Positions 1-15,200 of a stretch of 64,000 nt of DNA are shown here, piece after piece; position 1 is the stretch's first letter, and the number at the start of each line of letters is the position of its first letter. The notes below the pieces were generated by a model that had not been told where the DNA came from, ran no database searches, and saw nothing but the letters and a program-made list of their open reading frames with translations. This DNA is from Eledone cirrhosa (lineage: Eukaryota). Made by a program: the position numbers and the translations under genes. Location: contig OZ024752.1 of assembly GCA_964016885.1 (NCBI GenBank), positions 19,096,001 to 19,160,000 of the forward strand. The letters are read 5' to 3'.

Positions 1-367
1 ATTAACTTTCGCAGTTTGGTATATATCAATGTTTTAATGGATGATTAGAAGAGTTATGAACACATTCTAATTATTCTCATTGATTCTAGTATCACAAAAC
101 ACAGTTATTTTTTATATAAGATTTACCTGGGATTTTGTGATTTTTAAAAATATATTTTATCTTATATCTTTCTCGTTTAAACTAGTAGTTCAATTCCCAA
201 CTCTGTATCTCCTAAATATACAAATACAACAAAAATTTAACTGTTTTGATACCAAACTACATGAAAATATTCTTGGTTCTATGATACAAAATTGTTTTAA
301 GATATATTTATCTAAAAACATGATTACGTAGGAATTTTATTAAGTTCCAAACACCAAACAAATAATT

Positions 368-510
368 TAGGCACAAGGCCAACAATTTTTGGGGAAGGAA
401 AAAAAACGATTAAATCGACTCCAGTGTGTTACTGGTACTTTATTTTATGGACCTTGTAAGGATGAAAGGCAAAGTTAACCTTGGTGGGATTTGAACTCAG
501 AACATAATAG
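368..510 (-). mobile_element. tRNA-derived SINE copy (family 1, Nin/Deu-like core)
   Basis: Reverse complement of the motif gagttcaaatccc..ttgcctttcatccttac..aaaataaagtaccagt found in many copies in the window. Confidence 0.75.
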
Positions 511-704
511 TTCACCTTTAGCAGCTGAATTTAACAATAACAAAATACATGTCACAGTGAGAAGGGTCTATATTATAATAATTGTACACCACTTTTAGTC
601 CGTCTGTCATACAAATTCTACAATCTGACAAAACTTCTAAAATTTAGATTTAGATTTCATGGAACACCATTAAAAGTCACACACACACGCGTGTGTGTGT
701 GTGA

Positions 705-1000
705 AGGCTTAGAGTTATGGTGTTTGGCTCACAATCGTAAGATCGTGAGTTCCATTGCCAGTGGTGCATTGTATCCTTAAGCAAGACACTTTATTTCACG
801 TTACTCCAGTCCACTCAGCTTGGAAAAATGAGTTGTACCTGTAATTCAAGAGGTCACTTTTGTTCCATACCATGTCACACTGAATCGTCCTTTGAACTAC
901 AATAAGGGTGCATATTAATGTGGAATGCTCAGCCACTTGTATGTTAATTTCACAAACAGGCTGTTCCATTGTTGGAACAATTGGAACACTAGTCGGAATC
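705..1000 (+). mobile_element. tRNA-derived SINE (family 2)
   Basis: A/B-box-like head then ..ccttaagcaagacactttatttcacgttactccagtccactcagc.., shared with copies at ~19550 and ~48175. Confidence 0.65.
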
Positions 1001-1065
1001 AACAGAGGTGTCCATCTATATATATGTATATATAGTTATTTATTGATTTGAAACCAGTATATATA

Positions 1066-1160
1066 TATTGTTATACTTTGGGAGGGTCATGCTGCCAATA
1101 AAAACACACGCACACCTGTTAGTTTTATTGGCAGCATGACCCTCCCAAAGTATAACAATA
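1066..1160. repeat. Perfect ~40-bp inverted repeat (fold-back element terminus)
   Basis: tattgttatactttgggagggtcatgctgccaataaaa ... ttttattggcagcatgaccctcccaaagtataacaata. The same terminus occurs at ~34113 and ~40100-40138. Confidence 0.85.
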
Positions 1161-1705
1161 TCTGTTTCAACACACGTTTTCAGATAAGAAATCTACAAAT
1201 TAAGAAACGAAGTATATATATATGTAAACAAACATTCGTCTCATTCTGACATCACCAGCCCTGTCTCCACTTGTGTGTTTTATTTTCATAATTACGCATG
1301 ATGTTGAACCAGCCTGCTTTTAAATTCCCTTTTTGGCATATTATAATCAGTGAGATTTTGGTTATCGTGTTGAGCTCTGCTGATGATCGAATCCAACCGT
1401 GACCATCCCCACTGAAAGTTTTGTGAAATAGTCTTTTCAAGACTATACAGAGCATTTATAGTTTTTCCAAATTGAAGGATGAGTATTTTAAACTTTATTT
1501 TATCAGGAGTTAAGGCTCTATTGATTTTTCCCTGGATTTCACTAAATTCTCTGTTGGATGAATCTATATCCTGATTCTTTTTGAATTGAGTTTGAATTAT
1601 TTTTCTCACATCTTACGTTAACTATTTTCCCATGTTGACGCTATAGTCACTTATATATTATGAAATACTGTGTGCTTCTTGCTCATAATAATTTCTATAC
1701 TTTTC

Positions 1706-1740
<35 letters not shown>

Positions 1741-1947
1741 AATATATATAAATCTATAAATTAAGAAACAAAGTATATATATATATATATATACAAATAT
1801 ATATATATAAACAATGAGTTATATGATTTGATGATTATTCAACAAAGTTAATTTTACAACAGATTAGAAGCACTCTACAAATTTTTCTGGAGAATCATTA
1901 ATATTAAGAATATTAATAAATGGAAAATATCTTTATAAAACCATATT

Positions 1948-2008
1948 TATTTTACTATACGTATTTCAAGGGTACTAATATTTAAGTATGCTTTCGTCAG
2001 ATAAAATA
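1948..2008 (-). ncRNA. Minimal type I hammerhead ribozyme (inverted copy)
   Basis: Reverse complement reads tattttat-CTGACGA-aagcatact..agtaccctt-GAAA-tacgta-TA-gtaaaata. Confidence 0.65.
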
Positions 2009-2110
2009 TAATATTTGGTGTTAAGATAGACACATATCTTCATGTGAACCACTGGACTTATAACATGAAGTTCACATGAAGATATGTCACTATCTTAACA
2101 CCAAATATTA

Positions 2111-2171
2111 TATTTTATCTGACGAAAGCGTACTTAAATATTAGTACCCTTGAAATACGTATAATAAAATA
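2111..2171 (+). ncRNA. Minimal type I hammerhead ribozyme
   Basis: Stem I tattttat/ataaaata; CTGACGA; stem II aagcgtact/agtaccctt; GAAA; palindromic tacgta; UH = TA. Confidence 0.75.
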
Positions 2172-2694
2172 AATATGGATTTATAAAGATATTTTCCATT
2201 TATTAATATTAATATATATATAGGTATTAGAGGTGCAAATTAATTGCGTCCATAGGCGGTATGCCGATATGAGCACTCACTGCTCTTGGGGGAGAAGAGT
2301 ATCAATAATAATATTAGAAGGGAACAAAGACAAAATGCAGGAAGCAAAACAATTACAGTTATTACAGAATACCAGTAGTACCAGTAATGCACTGAGTAAT
2401 TGCTAGCCTTGTGCCAAAAGTAGAAACAGTTATTACAGAATACCTATTGTTTCAAACAACGTCACTAATCACTATTTCTAACTGGTATTAGAATACCTGT
2501 TAATTATTAGTTTTAACCAAGTCTATTGCTGTTGTATTTGATAACGATAACTACAACGAAAATTACGATGTTTATTATCCTAGTTTCAACTGTTCATCTG
2601 TTTAAACATCTCGTATATAGAACACGTTTGTTAGCCTCACCAGATGTGTGAGTGTGTATAATATTGTGCATGATATATACTTATATAGTTATTT

Positions 2695-2880
2695 GGTGGA
2701 TTTGTAGTATCGGTAGAAGGTCGGACGCCATGCTTTGACGCATTGAGTTACGGCTCTTGCCATTCTGAGTTCAAATCTGGCCGAGGTTAACTTTGCCTTT
2801 CATCCTTATGCGATCGATAAAATAAAGTACCAGTAATGCACTGGGTAATTGCTGGCCTTGTGCCAAACGTAGAAACAGTT
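2695..2880 (+). mobile_element. Family 1 SINE
   Basis: ggtggatttgtagtatcggtaga (A box) ... gagttcaaatc (B box) ... gcctttcatcctta ... aaagtaccag. Confidence 0.8.
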
Positions 2881-4936
2881 ATTATATATATATATAATAA
2901 ATTTGACAAGATCAAGCTCTAACTACACAAAAATATGACATTTTGATCTTGTCAAACTTATTACGTTTGTGTATTTTGGTGTATTCCTAATTTAATTATT
3001 GCCATCTGATTCTGTAATTAAAAATGAATTACTAATAACTTGATTACGTTTTCGTTGCCTCTGTTGTTAATGTTGCTATAAAACCATGTGACTAGATTTT
3101 ATTTGCTGTGATAGTTTTTTTAAAATACGATATAGTTTCGCTACTATTCAAATTATCTCCCTTTCCTTATCTCTAAACACTCATTTTTTTTGTCAACGTG
3201 GTTTTAAGAAAAATTATTATTTTTTCTCTCGAGTCCTACGAATCTTGTTGCTTTCTTTTGTTTTGATTTTTTTCATCTATAATGCCGATGTTAATCTAGA
3301 GCATTGCTTTTAAAATAACATTTTTAGCCACCATAGCTACAGCTATTCTAAAGCAACGCCTTCAAAATATAATATATTAACAATTTAAGACACAGAACGT
3401 TTTTTAATTGACGTTTTATATGCTATTTCTAAAGATAATTCAACTTTGCTATTTATTGACTATGCTAATGCCATATTCTTTCATATTAATGCCTGTGCTT
3501 AATATTCAGATAAAAAAATCTTATATGTCTTCATTAACCCTTTATATATAAATCAGTACCTACCCACAAGAACATATGTCATTGCTGATGATTTCAATAT
3601 CTGTATTTCCTAAAAAGGCTATGAGTCTATTGGCTATGTATTGTAATTGTCTAAGGCCTCTTCATTCAGTGAAACTGTTGGTTTTCAATAATCTTTAATT
3701 TTCAACATAATACTGTTATATTTTAATGGTGAAGGCTTTATCTCACATAATATTGAATCTATGAAATTTTGAATTATCTATTTTGAGAACAATACCTTAA
3801 CATAAGTATGAGCTGCTGGTTATGGCTGGTTTGAACAGAAAGCAGTGAGAATTCTGACCAGATACGGCCAGCTTAAATGCTAGAGGGTTAAAGTATGAAC
3901 TGTTTTGAACTCTAAATTAACTTTGTTAAATAGTAGTAATAGTAGCAGTAGTATGTAGGAATTTATTATCATCAGTTGACGTTTGTTTTTCCTGCTTTCA
4001 ACAAAGAGGGTTGGACAGGTTGTCATATATCAAATCTGTACTGAAGTAGAGCTGCTGACCTCACAGATGGGTTGAAATCTCACATCTTGCTTACATCTGA
4101 TCCTGCACTCAACTCAATGCTGAGGAAGGCCAGGGACCTGCATCTTGCTTACATATGTTCCTCTGTTCTACTGAGTGGCATTTTATCATAGCAGATGCAC
4201 AGGAGAAGTAAACACTAAGAGCACACGCGAAATAGACCTCTTCAGTTGTCAGAGAAGCTCTGATAGGTTTTCTTATCTAGGAGACCTAATCAGCAATGGT
4301 AGCCAGATTAATAAAGTGTTGATATAACATTTTTTTTATCAAATTTTATGTTATACATTTCTGAAGTGAGTTAAGATAGAGAAGGCCCTTTGGTCATGTT
4401 GAGGAAATGACAACCTCTCATGTGTTGGTTTCATGATTAAAAAAACACCCAGTACACTCTGTAAACAGGTTGGCAATTGAATAGAGATAATATAGGATAG
4501 AGAGCACTGTTCAGTCTTGTTAAGCACATGACAACTTCGTTAGTGCTCGTGTCATGATAAAATACATCCAGTGCATTTTGTAAAGTGGTTACCATAAGGA
4601 AGGGCATCTAGCTGTAGAAACCATACCAAAATATGGAATACATGAACAAATTGTCTCTCCCTGAGCCATCTAGTGTTGGACAGTGATGACGTGTCTAACC
4701 CATACTACCTTAGAAACACAAAAGGATGATGATAACAGCTCATTCCAGTTCATAACTGGAATGTTGCAGGTTTGTTCTCTTTGTATTTAACCCTTTAACA
4801 TTTAAGCTAGCCATATTTAGCCAGAATTCTCTCACCTCTTTCTGTTCAAACTGGCCATAACTGGCCAATCATACTGATGTTAAGGTATTGTTCTCAAAAT
4901 AAGGAATACCAAATAACAATATATTATATGACGTGA

Positions 4937-5250
4937 GGGTGGTGGATTGGTAGAATCAGTTGAGCATTGGACAACATGCTTTGCAGCATAGAGTTACAGC
5001 CCTTTATGTTCTGAGTTGAAATCCTGCCAGGATTAGCTTCGCCTTTCATCCTTACGGGGTCAATGAAATAAATAAAGCACTAGTAATGCTTTGTGGTATA
5101 TAATTACACCTGTTTGTATTCTGAGTTGAAATCTCACTGAGGTTAGCTTTGTCTTTCATCTTTACGGGGTCAATAAATAAAGTACCAGTAATGTACTGGG
5201 GTCAATTTAATCGACTTTCTCTTCCCCTCAAAATTGTTGGCCTTGTTGAA
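4937..5250 (+). mobile_element. Family 1 SINEs (two adjacent copies)
   Basis: Same head/core motifs as the other copies. Confidence 0.75.
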
Positions 5251-5356
5251 AGGGTTGTCACAACCTGCTTGTCTTCCTGACTTTTGTATTGGGGGCTGCA
5301 GTACTGGGGTTTGTCAACCATTTTACAGGGTATACTGTGTACATTGTATCACCAAT

Positions 5357-6124
5357 ACTAGAGAGGTTATCATGTACCTGGCAAGACCAAAGGGGTTCCC
5401 TCTACCCTACATTGTCTTCAGTCACTTGCCAGACAAGTACAACCATGGCTAAACTAGAGAGGTTATCATGTACCTGGCAAGACCAAAGGGGTCCTCTCTA
5501 CCCTACATTGTCTTCAGTCACTTGCCAGACAAGTACAACCAAGGCTAAACTAGAGAGGTTATCATGTACCTGGCAAGACCAAAGGGGTCCTCTCTACCCT
5601 ACATTGTCTTCAGTCACTTGCCAGACAAGTACAACTATGGCTAAACTAGAGAGGTTATCAGGTACCTGGCAAGACCAAAGGGGTCCTCCCTACCCTACAT
5701 TGTCTTCAGTCACTTGCCAGACAAGTACAACCATGGCTAAACTAGAGAGATTATCATGTACCTGGCAAGACCAAAGGGGTCCTCTCTACCCTACATTGTC
5801 TTCAGTCACTTGCCAGACAAGTACAACCATGGCTAAACTAGAGAGGTTATCATGTACCTGGCAAGACCAAAGGGGTCCTCTCTACCCTACATTGTCTTCA
5901 GTCACTTGCCAGACAAGTACAACCATGGCTAAACTAGAGAGGTTATCATGTGCCTGGCAAGACTAAAGAGGTCCTCTCTACCCTACATTGTCTTCAGTCA
6001 CTTGCCAGACAAGTACAACCATGGCTAAACTAGAGAGGTTATCATGTACCTGGCAAGACCAAAGGGGTCCTCTCTACCCTACATTGTCTTCAGTCACTTG
6101 CCAGACAAGTACAACCATGGCTAA
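5357..6124. repeat. 96-bp tandem repeat, about 8 near-identical copies
   Basis: Unit actagagaggttatcatgtacctggcaagacc...gtacaaccatggctaa; explains the 32-aa periodic ORF 5289..5966. Confidence 0.95.
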
Positions 6125-6240
6125 AATGATTCTTCCCTGATGTAATTACTTTAATTTCAACACACTCTGATACCAGCGAATGCAATTTTGCAAATTTTAA
6201 TATTCATTATTTCTAACTCGTTAAAATTATGTTATATCTC

Positions 6241-9200
6241 TAGTTGATGTACAGGTAAACTGGATTAGTTGTGTAGTTGATGTACAGGTAAACTGGATTA
6301 ACTGTACAGTTGATGTACAGGTAAACTGGATTAACTGTACATTTGATGTACAGGTAAACTGGATTAACTAAACAGTTGATGTACAGGTAAACTGGATTAA
6401 CTAAACAGTTGATGTACAGGTAAACTGGATTAACTGTATAGTTGATGTACAGGTAAACTGGATTAACTGTACAGTTGATGTACAGGTAAACTGGATTAAC
6501 TGTACAGTTGATGTACAGGTAAACTGGATTAACTGTGCATTTGATGTACAGGTAAACTGGATTAACTGAACAGTTGATGTACAGGTAAACTGGATTAACT
6601 AAACAGTTGATGTACAGGTAAACTGGATTAACTAAACAGTTGATGTACAGGTAAACTGGATTAACTGTACGGTTGATGTACAGGTAAACTGGATTAACTG
6701 TACATTTGATGTACAGGTAAACTGGATTAACTGTATAGTTGATGTACAGGTAAACTGGATTAACTGTACAGTTGATGTACAGGTAAACTGGATTAGTTGT
6801 GTAGTTGATGTACAGGTAAACTGGATTAACTGTACAGTTGATGTACAGGTAAACTGGATTAACTGTACAGTTGATGTACAGGTAAACTGGATTAACTGTA
6901 CATTTGATGTACAGGTAAACTGGATTAACTGTACAGTTGATGTACAGGTAAACTGGATTAACTGTACAGTTGATGTACAGGTAAACTGGATTAACTGTAT
7001 AGTTGATGTACAGGTAAACTGGATTAACTGTACAGTTGATGTACAGGTAAACTGGATTAGTTGTGTAGTTGATGTACAGGTAAACTGGATTAACTGTACA
7101 TTTGATGTACAGGTAAACTGGATTAACTGTACAGTTGATGTACAGGTAAACTGGATTAACTGTACAGTTGATGTACAGGTAAACTGGATTAACTGTACAG
7201 TTGATGTACAGGTAAACTGGATTAACTGTACAGGTAAACTGGATTAGTTGTGTAGTTGATGTACAGGTAAACTGGATTAACTGTACATTTGATGTACAGG
7301 TAAACTGGATTAACTGTACAGTTGATGTACAGGTAAACTGGATTAACTGTACAGTTGATGTACAGGTAAACTGGATTAGTTGTGTAGTTGATGTACAGGT
7401 AAACTGGATTAACTGTACATTTGATGTACAGGTAAACTGGATTAACTGTACAGTTGATGTACAGGTAAACTGGATTAACTGTACAGTTGATGTACAGGTA
7501 AACTGGATTAACCGTACAGTTGATGTACAGGTAAACTGGATTAGTTGTGTAGTTGATGTACAGGTAAACTGGATTAACTGTACATTTGATGTACAGGTAA
7601 ACTGGATTAACTGTACAGTTGATGTACAGGTAAACTGGATTAACTGTACAGTTGATGTACAGGTAAACTGGATTAGTTGTGTAGTTGATGTACAGGTAAA
7701 CTGGATTAACTGTACATTTGATGTACAGGTAAACTGGATTAACTGTACAGTTGATGTACAGGTAAACTGGATTAACTGTACAGTTGATGTACAGGTAAAC
7801 TGGATTAACTGTACAGTTGATGTACAGGTAAACTGGATTAACTGTACAGTTGATGTACAGGTAAACTGGATTAGTTGTGTAGTTGATGTACAGGTAAACT
7901 GGATTAGTTGTGTAGTTGATGTACAGGTAAACTGGATTAACTGTACATTTGATGTACAGGTAAACTGGATTAGTTGTGTAGTTGATGTACAGGTAAACTG
8001 GATTAGTTGTCTAGTTGATGTACAGGTAAACTGGATTAGTTGTGTAGTTGATGCACAGGTAAACTGGATTAGTTGTGTAGTTGATGTACAGGTAAACTGG
8101 ATTAACTGTACATTTGATGTACAGGTAAACTGGATTAACTGTACAGTTGATGTACAGGTAATCTGGATTAACTGTACAGTTGATGTACAGGTAAACTGGA
8201 TTAACTGTACATTTGATGTACAGGTAAACTGGATTAACTGTACAGTTGATGTACAGGTAAACTGGATTAGTTGTGTAGTTGATGTACAGGTAAACTGGAT
8301 TAACTGTACATTTGATGTACAGGTAAACTGGATTAACTGTACAGTTGATGTACAGGTAAACTGGATTAACTGTACAGTTGATGTACAGGTAAACTGGATT
8401 AACTGTACAGTTGATGTACAGGTAAAATGGATTAGTTGTGTAGTTGATGTACAGGTAAACTGGATTAACTGTACATTTGATGTACAGGTAAACTGGATTA
8501 ACTGTACATTTGATGTACAGATAAACTGGATTAACTAAACAGTTGATGTACAGGTAAACTGGATTAACTGTACATTTGATGAACAGGTAAACTGGATTAA
8601 CTGTACATTTGATGAAAAGGTAAACTGGATTAACTGTACATTTGATGTACAGGTGAACTGGATTAACTGTACATTTGATGTACAGGTAAACTGGATTAAC
8701 TGTACATTTGATGTACAGGTAAACTGGATTAACTGTACATTTGATGTACAGGTAAACTGGATTAACTGTACATTTGATGTACAGGTAAACTGGGTTAACT
8801 GTACAGTTGATGAACAGGTAAACTGGATTAACTGTATAGTTGATGTACAGGTAAACTGGATTAACTGTATCGTTGATGTACAGGTAAACTGGATTAGTTG
8901 TGTAGCTGATGTACAGGTAAACTGGATTAACTGTACAGTTGATGTACAGGTAAACTGGGTTAACTGTATAGTTGATGTACAGGTAAACTGGATTAACTGT
9001 ACAGTTGATGTACAGGTAAACTGGATTAACTGTACAGTTGATGAACAGGTAAACTGGATTAACTGTATAGTTGATGTACAGGTAAACTGGATTAGTTGTG
9101 TAGTTGATGTACAGGTAAACTGGGTTAACTGTATAGTTGATGTACAGGTAAACTGGATTAACTGTACAGTTGATGAACAGGTAAACTGGATTAACTGTAC

Positions 9201-12200
9201 AGTTGATGTACAGGTAAACTGGGTTAACTGTATAGTTGATGTACAGGTAAACTGGATTAACTGTATAGTTGATGTACAGGTAAACTGGATTAACTGTACA
9301 GTTGATGTACAGGTAAACTGGATTAACTGTACAGTTGATGTACAGGTAAACTGGGTTAACTGTATAGTTGATGAACAGGTAAACTGGATTAACTGTACAG
9401 TTGATGTACAGGTAAACTGGGTTAACTGTACAGTTGATGTACAGGTAAACTGGATTAACTGTGCAGTTGATGTGCAGGTAAACTGGATTAACTGTACAGT
9501 TGATGTACAGGTAAACTGGATTAACTGTATAGTTGATGAACAGGTAAACTGGATTAACTGTACAGTTGATGTACAGGTAAACTGGATTAACTGTACAGTT
9601 GATGTACAGGTAAACTGGATTTACTGTACAGTTGATGAACAGGTAAACTGGATTAACTGTACAGTTGATGTACAGGTAAACTGGATTAACTGTACAGTTG
9701 ATGTACAGGTAAACAGGATTAACTGTACAGTTGATGTACAGGTAAACTGGATTAACTGTATAGTTGATGTACAGGTAAACTGGATTAACTGTATAGTTGA
9801 TGTACAGGTAAACTGGATTAACTAAACAGTTGATGTACAGGTAAACTGGATTAACTGTACAGTTGATGTACAGGTAAACTGGATTAACTGTACAGTTGAT
9901 GTACAGGTAAACGGGATTAACTGTACAGTTGATGTACAGGTAAACTGGATTAACTGTACAGTTGATGTACAGGTAAACGGGATTAACTGTACAGTTGATG
10001 TACAGGTAAACTGGATTAACTCTACAGTTGATGTACAGGTAAACTGGATTAACTGTATAGTTGATGTACAGGTAAACTGGATTAACTGTATAGTTGATGT
10101 ACAGGTAAACTGGATTAGTTGTGTAGTTGATGTACAGGTAAACTGGATTAACTGTATAGTTGATGTACAGGTAAACTGGATTAACTGTACAGTTGATGTA
10201 CAGGTAAACTGGATTAACTGTATAGTTGATGTACAGGTAAACTGGATTAACTGTATAGTTGATGTACAGGTAAACTGGATTAACTGTACAGTTGATGTAC
10301 AGGTAAACTGGATTAACTGTACAGTTGATGTACAGGTAAACTGGATTAACTGTGTAGTTGATGTACAGGTAAACTGGATTAACTGTGTAGTTGATGTACA
10401 GGTAAACTGGATTAACTGTATAGTTGATGTACAGGTAAACTGGATTAACTGTATAGTTGATGTACAGGTAAACTGGATTAGTTGTGTAGTTGATGTACAG
10501 GTAAACTGGATTAACTGTATAGTTGATGTGCAGGTAAACTGGATTAACTGTATAGTTGATGTACAGGTAAACTGGATTAACTGTACAGTTGATGTACAGG
10601 TAAACTGGATTAACTGTATAGTTGATGTACAGGTAAACTGGATTAACTGTACAGTTGATGTACAGGTAAACTGGATTAACTGTACAGTTGATGTACAGGT
10701 AAACTGGATTAACTGTACAGTTGATGTACAGGTAAACTGGATTAACTGTACAGTTGATGTACAGGTAAACTGGATTAACTGTACAGTTGATGAACAGGTA
10801 AACTGGATTAACTGTACAGTTGATGTACAGGTAAACTGGATTAACTGTACAGTTGATGTACAGGTAAACTGGATTAGTTGTGTAGTTGATGTACAGGTAA
10901 ACTGGATTAACTGTATAGTTGATGTACAGGTAAACTGGATTAACTGTACAGTTGATGTACAGGTAAACTGGATTAACTGTACAGTTGATGTACAGGTAAA
11001 CTGGATTAACTGTACAGTTGATGTACAGGTAAACTGGATTAGTTGTGTAGTTGATGTACAGGTAAACTGGATTAGTTGTGTAGTTGATGTACAGGTAAAC
11101 TGGATTAACTGTATAGTTGATGTACAGGTAAACTGGATTAGTTGTGTAGTTGATGTACAGATAAACTGGATTAGTTGTGTAGTTGATGTACAGGTAAACT
11201 GGATTAGTTGTGTAGTTTATGTACAGGTAAACTGGATTAACTGTACAGTTGATGAACAGGTAAACTGGATTAACTGTACAGTTGATGTACAGGTAAACTG
11301 GATTAACTGTACATTTGATGTACAGGTAAACTGGATTAACTGTACATTTGATGTACAGGTAAACTGGATTAGTTGTGTAGTTGATGTACAGGTAAACTGG
11401 ATTAACTGTACAGTTGATGTACAGGTAAACTGGATTAATTGTACAGTTGATGTACAGGTAAACTGGATTAACTGTACAGTTGATGTACAGGTAAACTGGA
11501 TTAACTGTACAGATGATGTACAGGTAAACTGGATTAACTGTATAGTTGATGTACAGGTAAACTGGATTAACTGTACAGTTGATGTACAGGTAAACTGGAT
11601 TAGTTGTGTAGTTGATGTACAGGTAAACTGGATTAGTTGTGTAGTTGATGTACAGGTAAACTGGATTAACTGTACAGTTGATGAACAGGTAAACTGAATT
11701 AACTTTACAGTTGATGTACAGGTAAACTGGATTAGTTGTGTAGTTGATGGACAGGTAAACTGGATTAGTTGTGTAGTTGATGTACAGGTAAACTGGATTA
11801 ACTGTACAGTTGATGAACAGGTAAACTGGATTAACTGTACAGTTGATGAACAGGTAAACTGGATTAACTGTACAGTTGATGTACAGGTAAACTGGATTAA
11901 CTGTACAGTTGATGTACAGGTAAACTGGATTAACTGTACAGTTGATGTACAGGTAAACTGGATTAACTGTACAGTTGATGTACAGGTAAACTGGATTAAC
12001 TGTACAGTTGATGTACAGGTAAACTGGATTAACTGTACAGTTGATGTACAGGTAAACTGGATTAGTTGTGTAGTTGATGTACAGGTAAACTGGATTAGTT
12101 GTGTAGCTGATGTACAGGTAAACTGGATTAACTGTACAGTTGATGAACAGGTAAACTGGATTAACTGTACAGTTGATGTACAGGTAAACTGGATTAGTTG

Positions 12201-15200
12201 TATAGTTGATGTACAGGTAAACTGGATTAACTGTACATTTGATGTACAGGTAAACTGGATTAGTTGTGTAGTTGATGTACAGGTAAACTGGATTAACTGT
12301 ACAGTTGATGTACAGGTAAACTGGATTAGTTGTGTAGTTGATGTACAGGTAAACTGGATTAACTGTATAGCTGATGTACAGGTAAACTGGATTAGTTGTG
12401 TAGCTGATGTACAGGTAAACTGGATTAACTGTACAGTTGATGAACAGGTAAACTGGATTAACTGTACAGTTGATGTACAGGTAAAATGGATTAGTTGTAT
12501 AGTTGATGTACAGGTAAACTGGATTAACTGTACATTTGATGTACAGGTAAACTGGATTAGTTGTGTAGTTGATGTACAGGTAAACTGGATTAACTGTACA
12601 GTTGATGTACAGGTAAACTGGATTAGTTGTGTAGTTGATGTACAGGTAAACTGGATTAACTGTATAGTTGATGTACAGGTAAACTGGATTAGTTGTGTAG
12701 TTGATGTACAGGTAAACTGGATTAGTTGTGTAGCTGATGTACAGGTAAACTGGATTAACTGTACAGTTGATGAACAGGTAAACTGGATTAACTGTACAGT
12801 TGATGTACAGGTAAACTGGATAAGTTGTGTAGCTGATGTACAGGTAAACTGGATTAACTGTACAGTTGATGAACAGGTAAACTGGATTAACTGTACAGTT
12901 GATGTACAGGTAAACTGGATTAACTGTACAGTTGATGTACAGGTAAACTGGATTAGTTGTGTAGTTGATGTACAGGTAAACTGGATTAGTTGTGTAGTTG
13001 ATGTACAGGTAAACTGGATTAGTTGTGTAGCTGATGTACAGGTAAACTGGATTAACTGTACAGTTGATGAACAGGTAAACTGGATTAACTGTCCAGTTGA
13101 TGTACAGGTAAACTGGATTAGTTGTATAGTTGATGTACAGGTAAACTGGATTAACTGTACATTTGATGTACAGGTAAACTGGATTAACTGTACATTTGAT
13201 GTACAGGTAAACTGGATTAGTTGTGTAGTTGATGTACAGGTAAACTGGATTAACTGTACAGTTGATGTACAGGTAAACTGGATTAGTTGTGTAGTTGATG
13301 TACAGGTAAACTGGATTAACTGTATAGTTGATGTACAGGTAAACTGGATTAGTTGTGTAGTTGATGTACAGGTAAACTGGATTAGTTGTGTAGCTGATGT
13401 ACAGGTAAACTGGATTAACTGTACAGTTGATGAACAGGTAAACTGGATTAACTGTACAGTTGATGTACAGGTAAACTGGATTAGTTGTATAGTTGATGTA
13501 CAGGTAAACTGGATTAACTGTACATTTGATGTACAAGTAAACTGGATTAGTTGTGTAGTTGATGTACAGGTAAACTGGATTAACTGTACATTTGATGTAC
13601 AGGTAAACTGGATTAGTTGTGTAGTTGATGTACAGGTAAACTGGATTAGTTGTGTAGTTGATGTACAGGTAAACTGGATTAGTTGTGTAGTTGATGTACA
13701 GGTAAACCGGATTAACTGTACATTTGATGTACAGGTAAACTGGATTAGTTGTGTAGTTGATGTACAGGTAAACTGGATTAACTGTACATTTGATGTACAG
13801 GTAAACTGGATTAGTTGTGTAGTTGATGTACAGGTAAAATGGATTAGTTGTGTAGTTGATGTACAGGTAAACTGGATTAACTGTACATTTGATGTACAGA
13901 TAAACTGGATTAACTGTACATTTGATGAAAAGGTAAACTGGATTAACTGTACATTTGATGTACAGGTAAACTGGATTAACTGTACATTTGATGAACAGGT
14001 AAACTGGATTAACTGTACATTTGATGAAAAGGTAAACTGGATTAACTGAACAGTTGATGTACAGGTAAAGTGGATTAGTTGTATAGTTGATGTACAGGTA
14101 AACTGGATTAACTGTACATTTGATGTACAGGTAAACTGGATTAGTTGTGTAGTTCATGTACAGGTAAACTGGATTAACTGTACATTTGATGAACAGGTAA
14201 ACTGGATTAACTGTACATTTGATGAAAAGGTAAACTGGATTAACTGTACATTTGATGTACAGGTAAACTGGATTAACTGTACATTTGATGAACAGGTAAA
14301 CTGGATTAACTGTACATTTGATGAAAAGGTAAACTGGATTAACTGAACAGATGATGTACAGGTAAACTGGATTAACTGTACAGTTGATGTACAGGTAAAC
14401 TGGGTTAACTGTACAGTTGATGCACAGGTAAACTGGATTAACTGTACAGTTGATGTACAGGTAAACTGGATTAACTGTACAGTTGATGTACAGGTAAACT
14501 GGATTAACTGTACAGTTGATGTACAGGTAAACTGGATTAACTGTACATTTGATGTACAGGTAAACTGGATTAACTGTACAGTTGATGTACAGGTAAACTG
14601 GATTAACTGTACAGTTGATGTACAGGTAAACTGGATTAACTGTATAGTTGATGTACAGGTAAACTGGATTAACTGTACAGTTGATGTACAGGTTAACTGG
14701 ATTAACTGTATAGTTGATGTACAGGTAAACTGGATTAACTGTATAGTTGATGTACAGGTAAACTGGATTAACTGTATAGTTGATGTACAGGTAAACTGGA
14801 TTAACTGTACAGTTGATGTACAGGTAAACTGGATTAACTGAACAGTTGATGTACAGGTAAACTGGATTAGTTGTGTAGTTGATGTACAGGTAAACTGGAT
14901 TAACTGAACAGTTGATGTACAGGTAAACTGGATTAACTGTATAGTTGATGTACAGGTAAACTGGATTAACTGTACAGTTGATGTACAGGTAAACTGGATT
15001 AACTGTACAGTTGATGTACAGGTAAACTGGATTAACTGTATAGTTGATGTACAGGTAAACTGGATTAACTGTACAGTTGATGTACAGGTAAACTGGATTA
15101 ACTGTACATTTGATGAACAGGTAAACTGGATTAGTTGTGTAGCTGATGTACAGGTAAACTGGATTAACTGTACATTTGATGAACAGGTAAACTGGATTAG

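Larger units (their letters stand above)
1910..2212. mobile_element. Penelope-type fold-back element (~140-bp arms, ~20-nt loop)
   Basis: Near-perfect inverted repeat next to TA-rich sequence; each arm holds a hammerhead core. Confidence 0.7.

Noticed and set aside
5289-5966. 225-aa repeat ORF
   Set aside because: 96-bp tandem repeat with a stop inside one unit and a non-ATG start.
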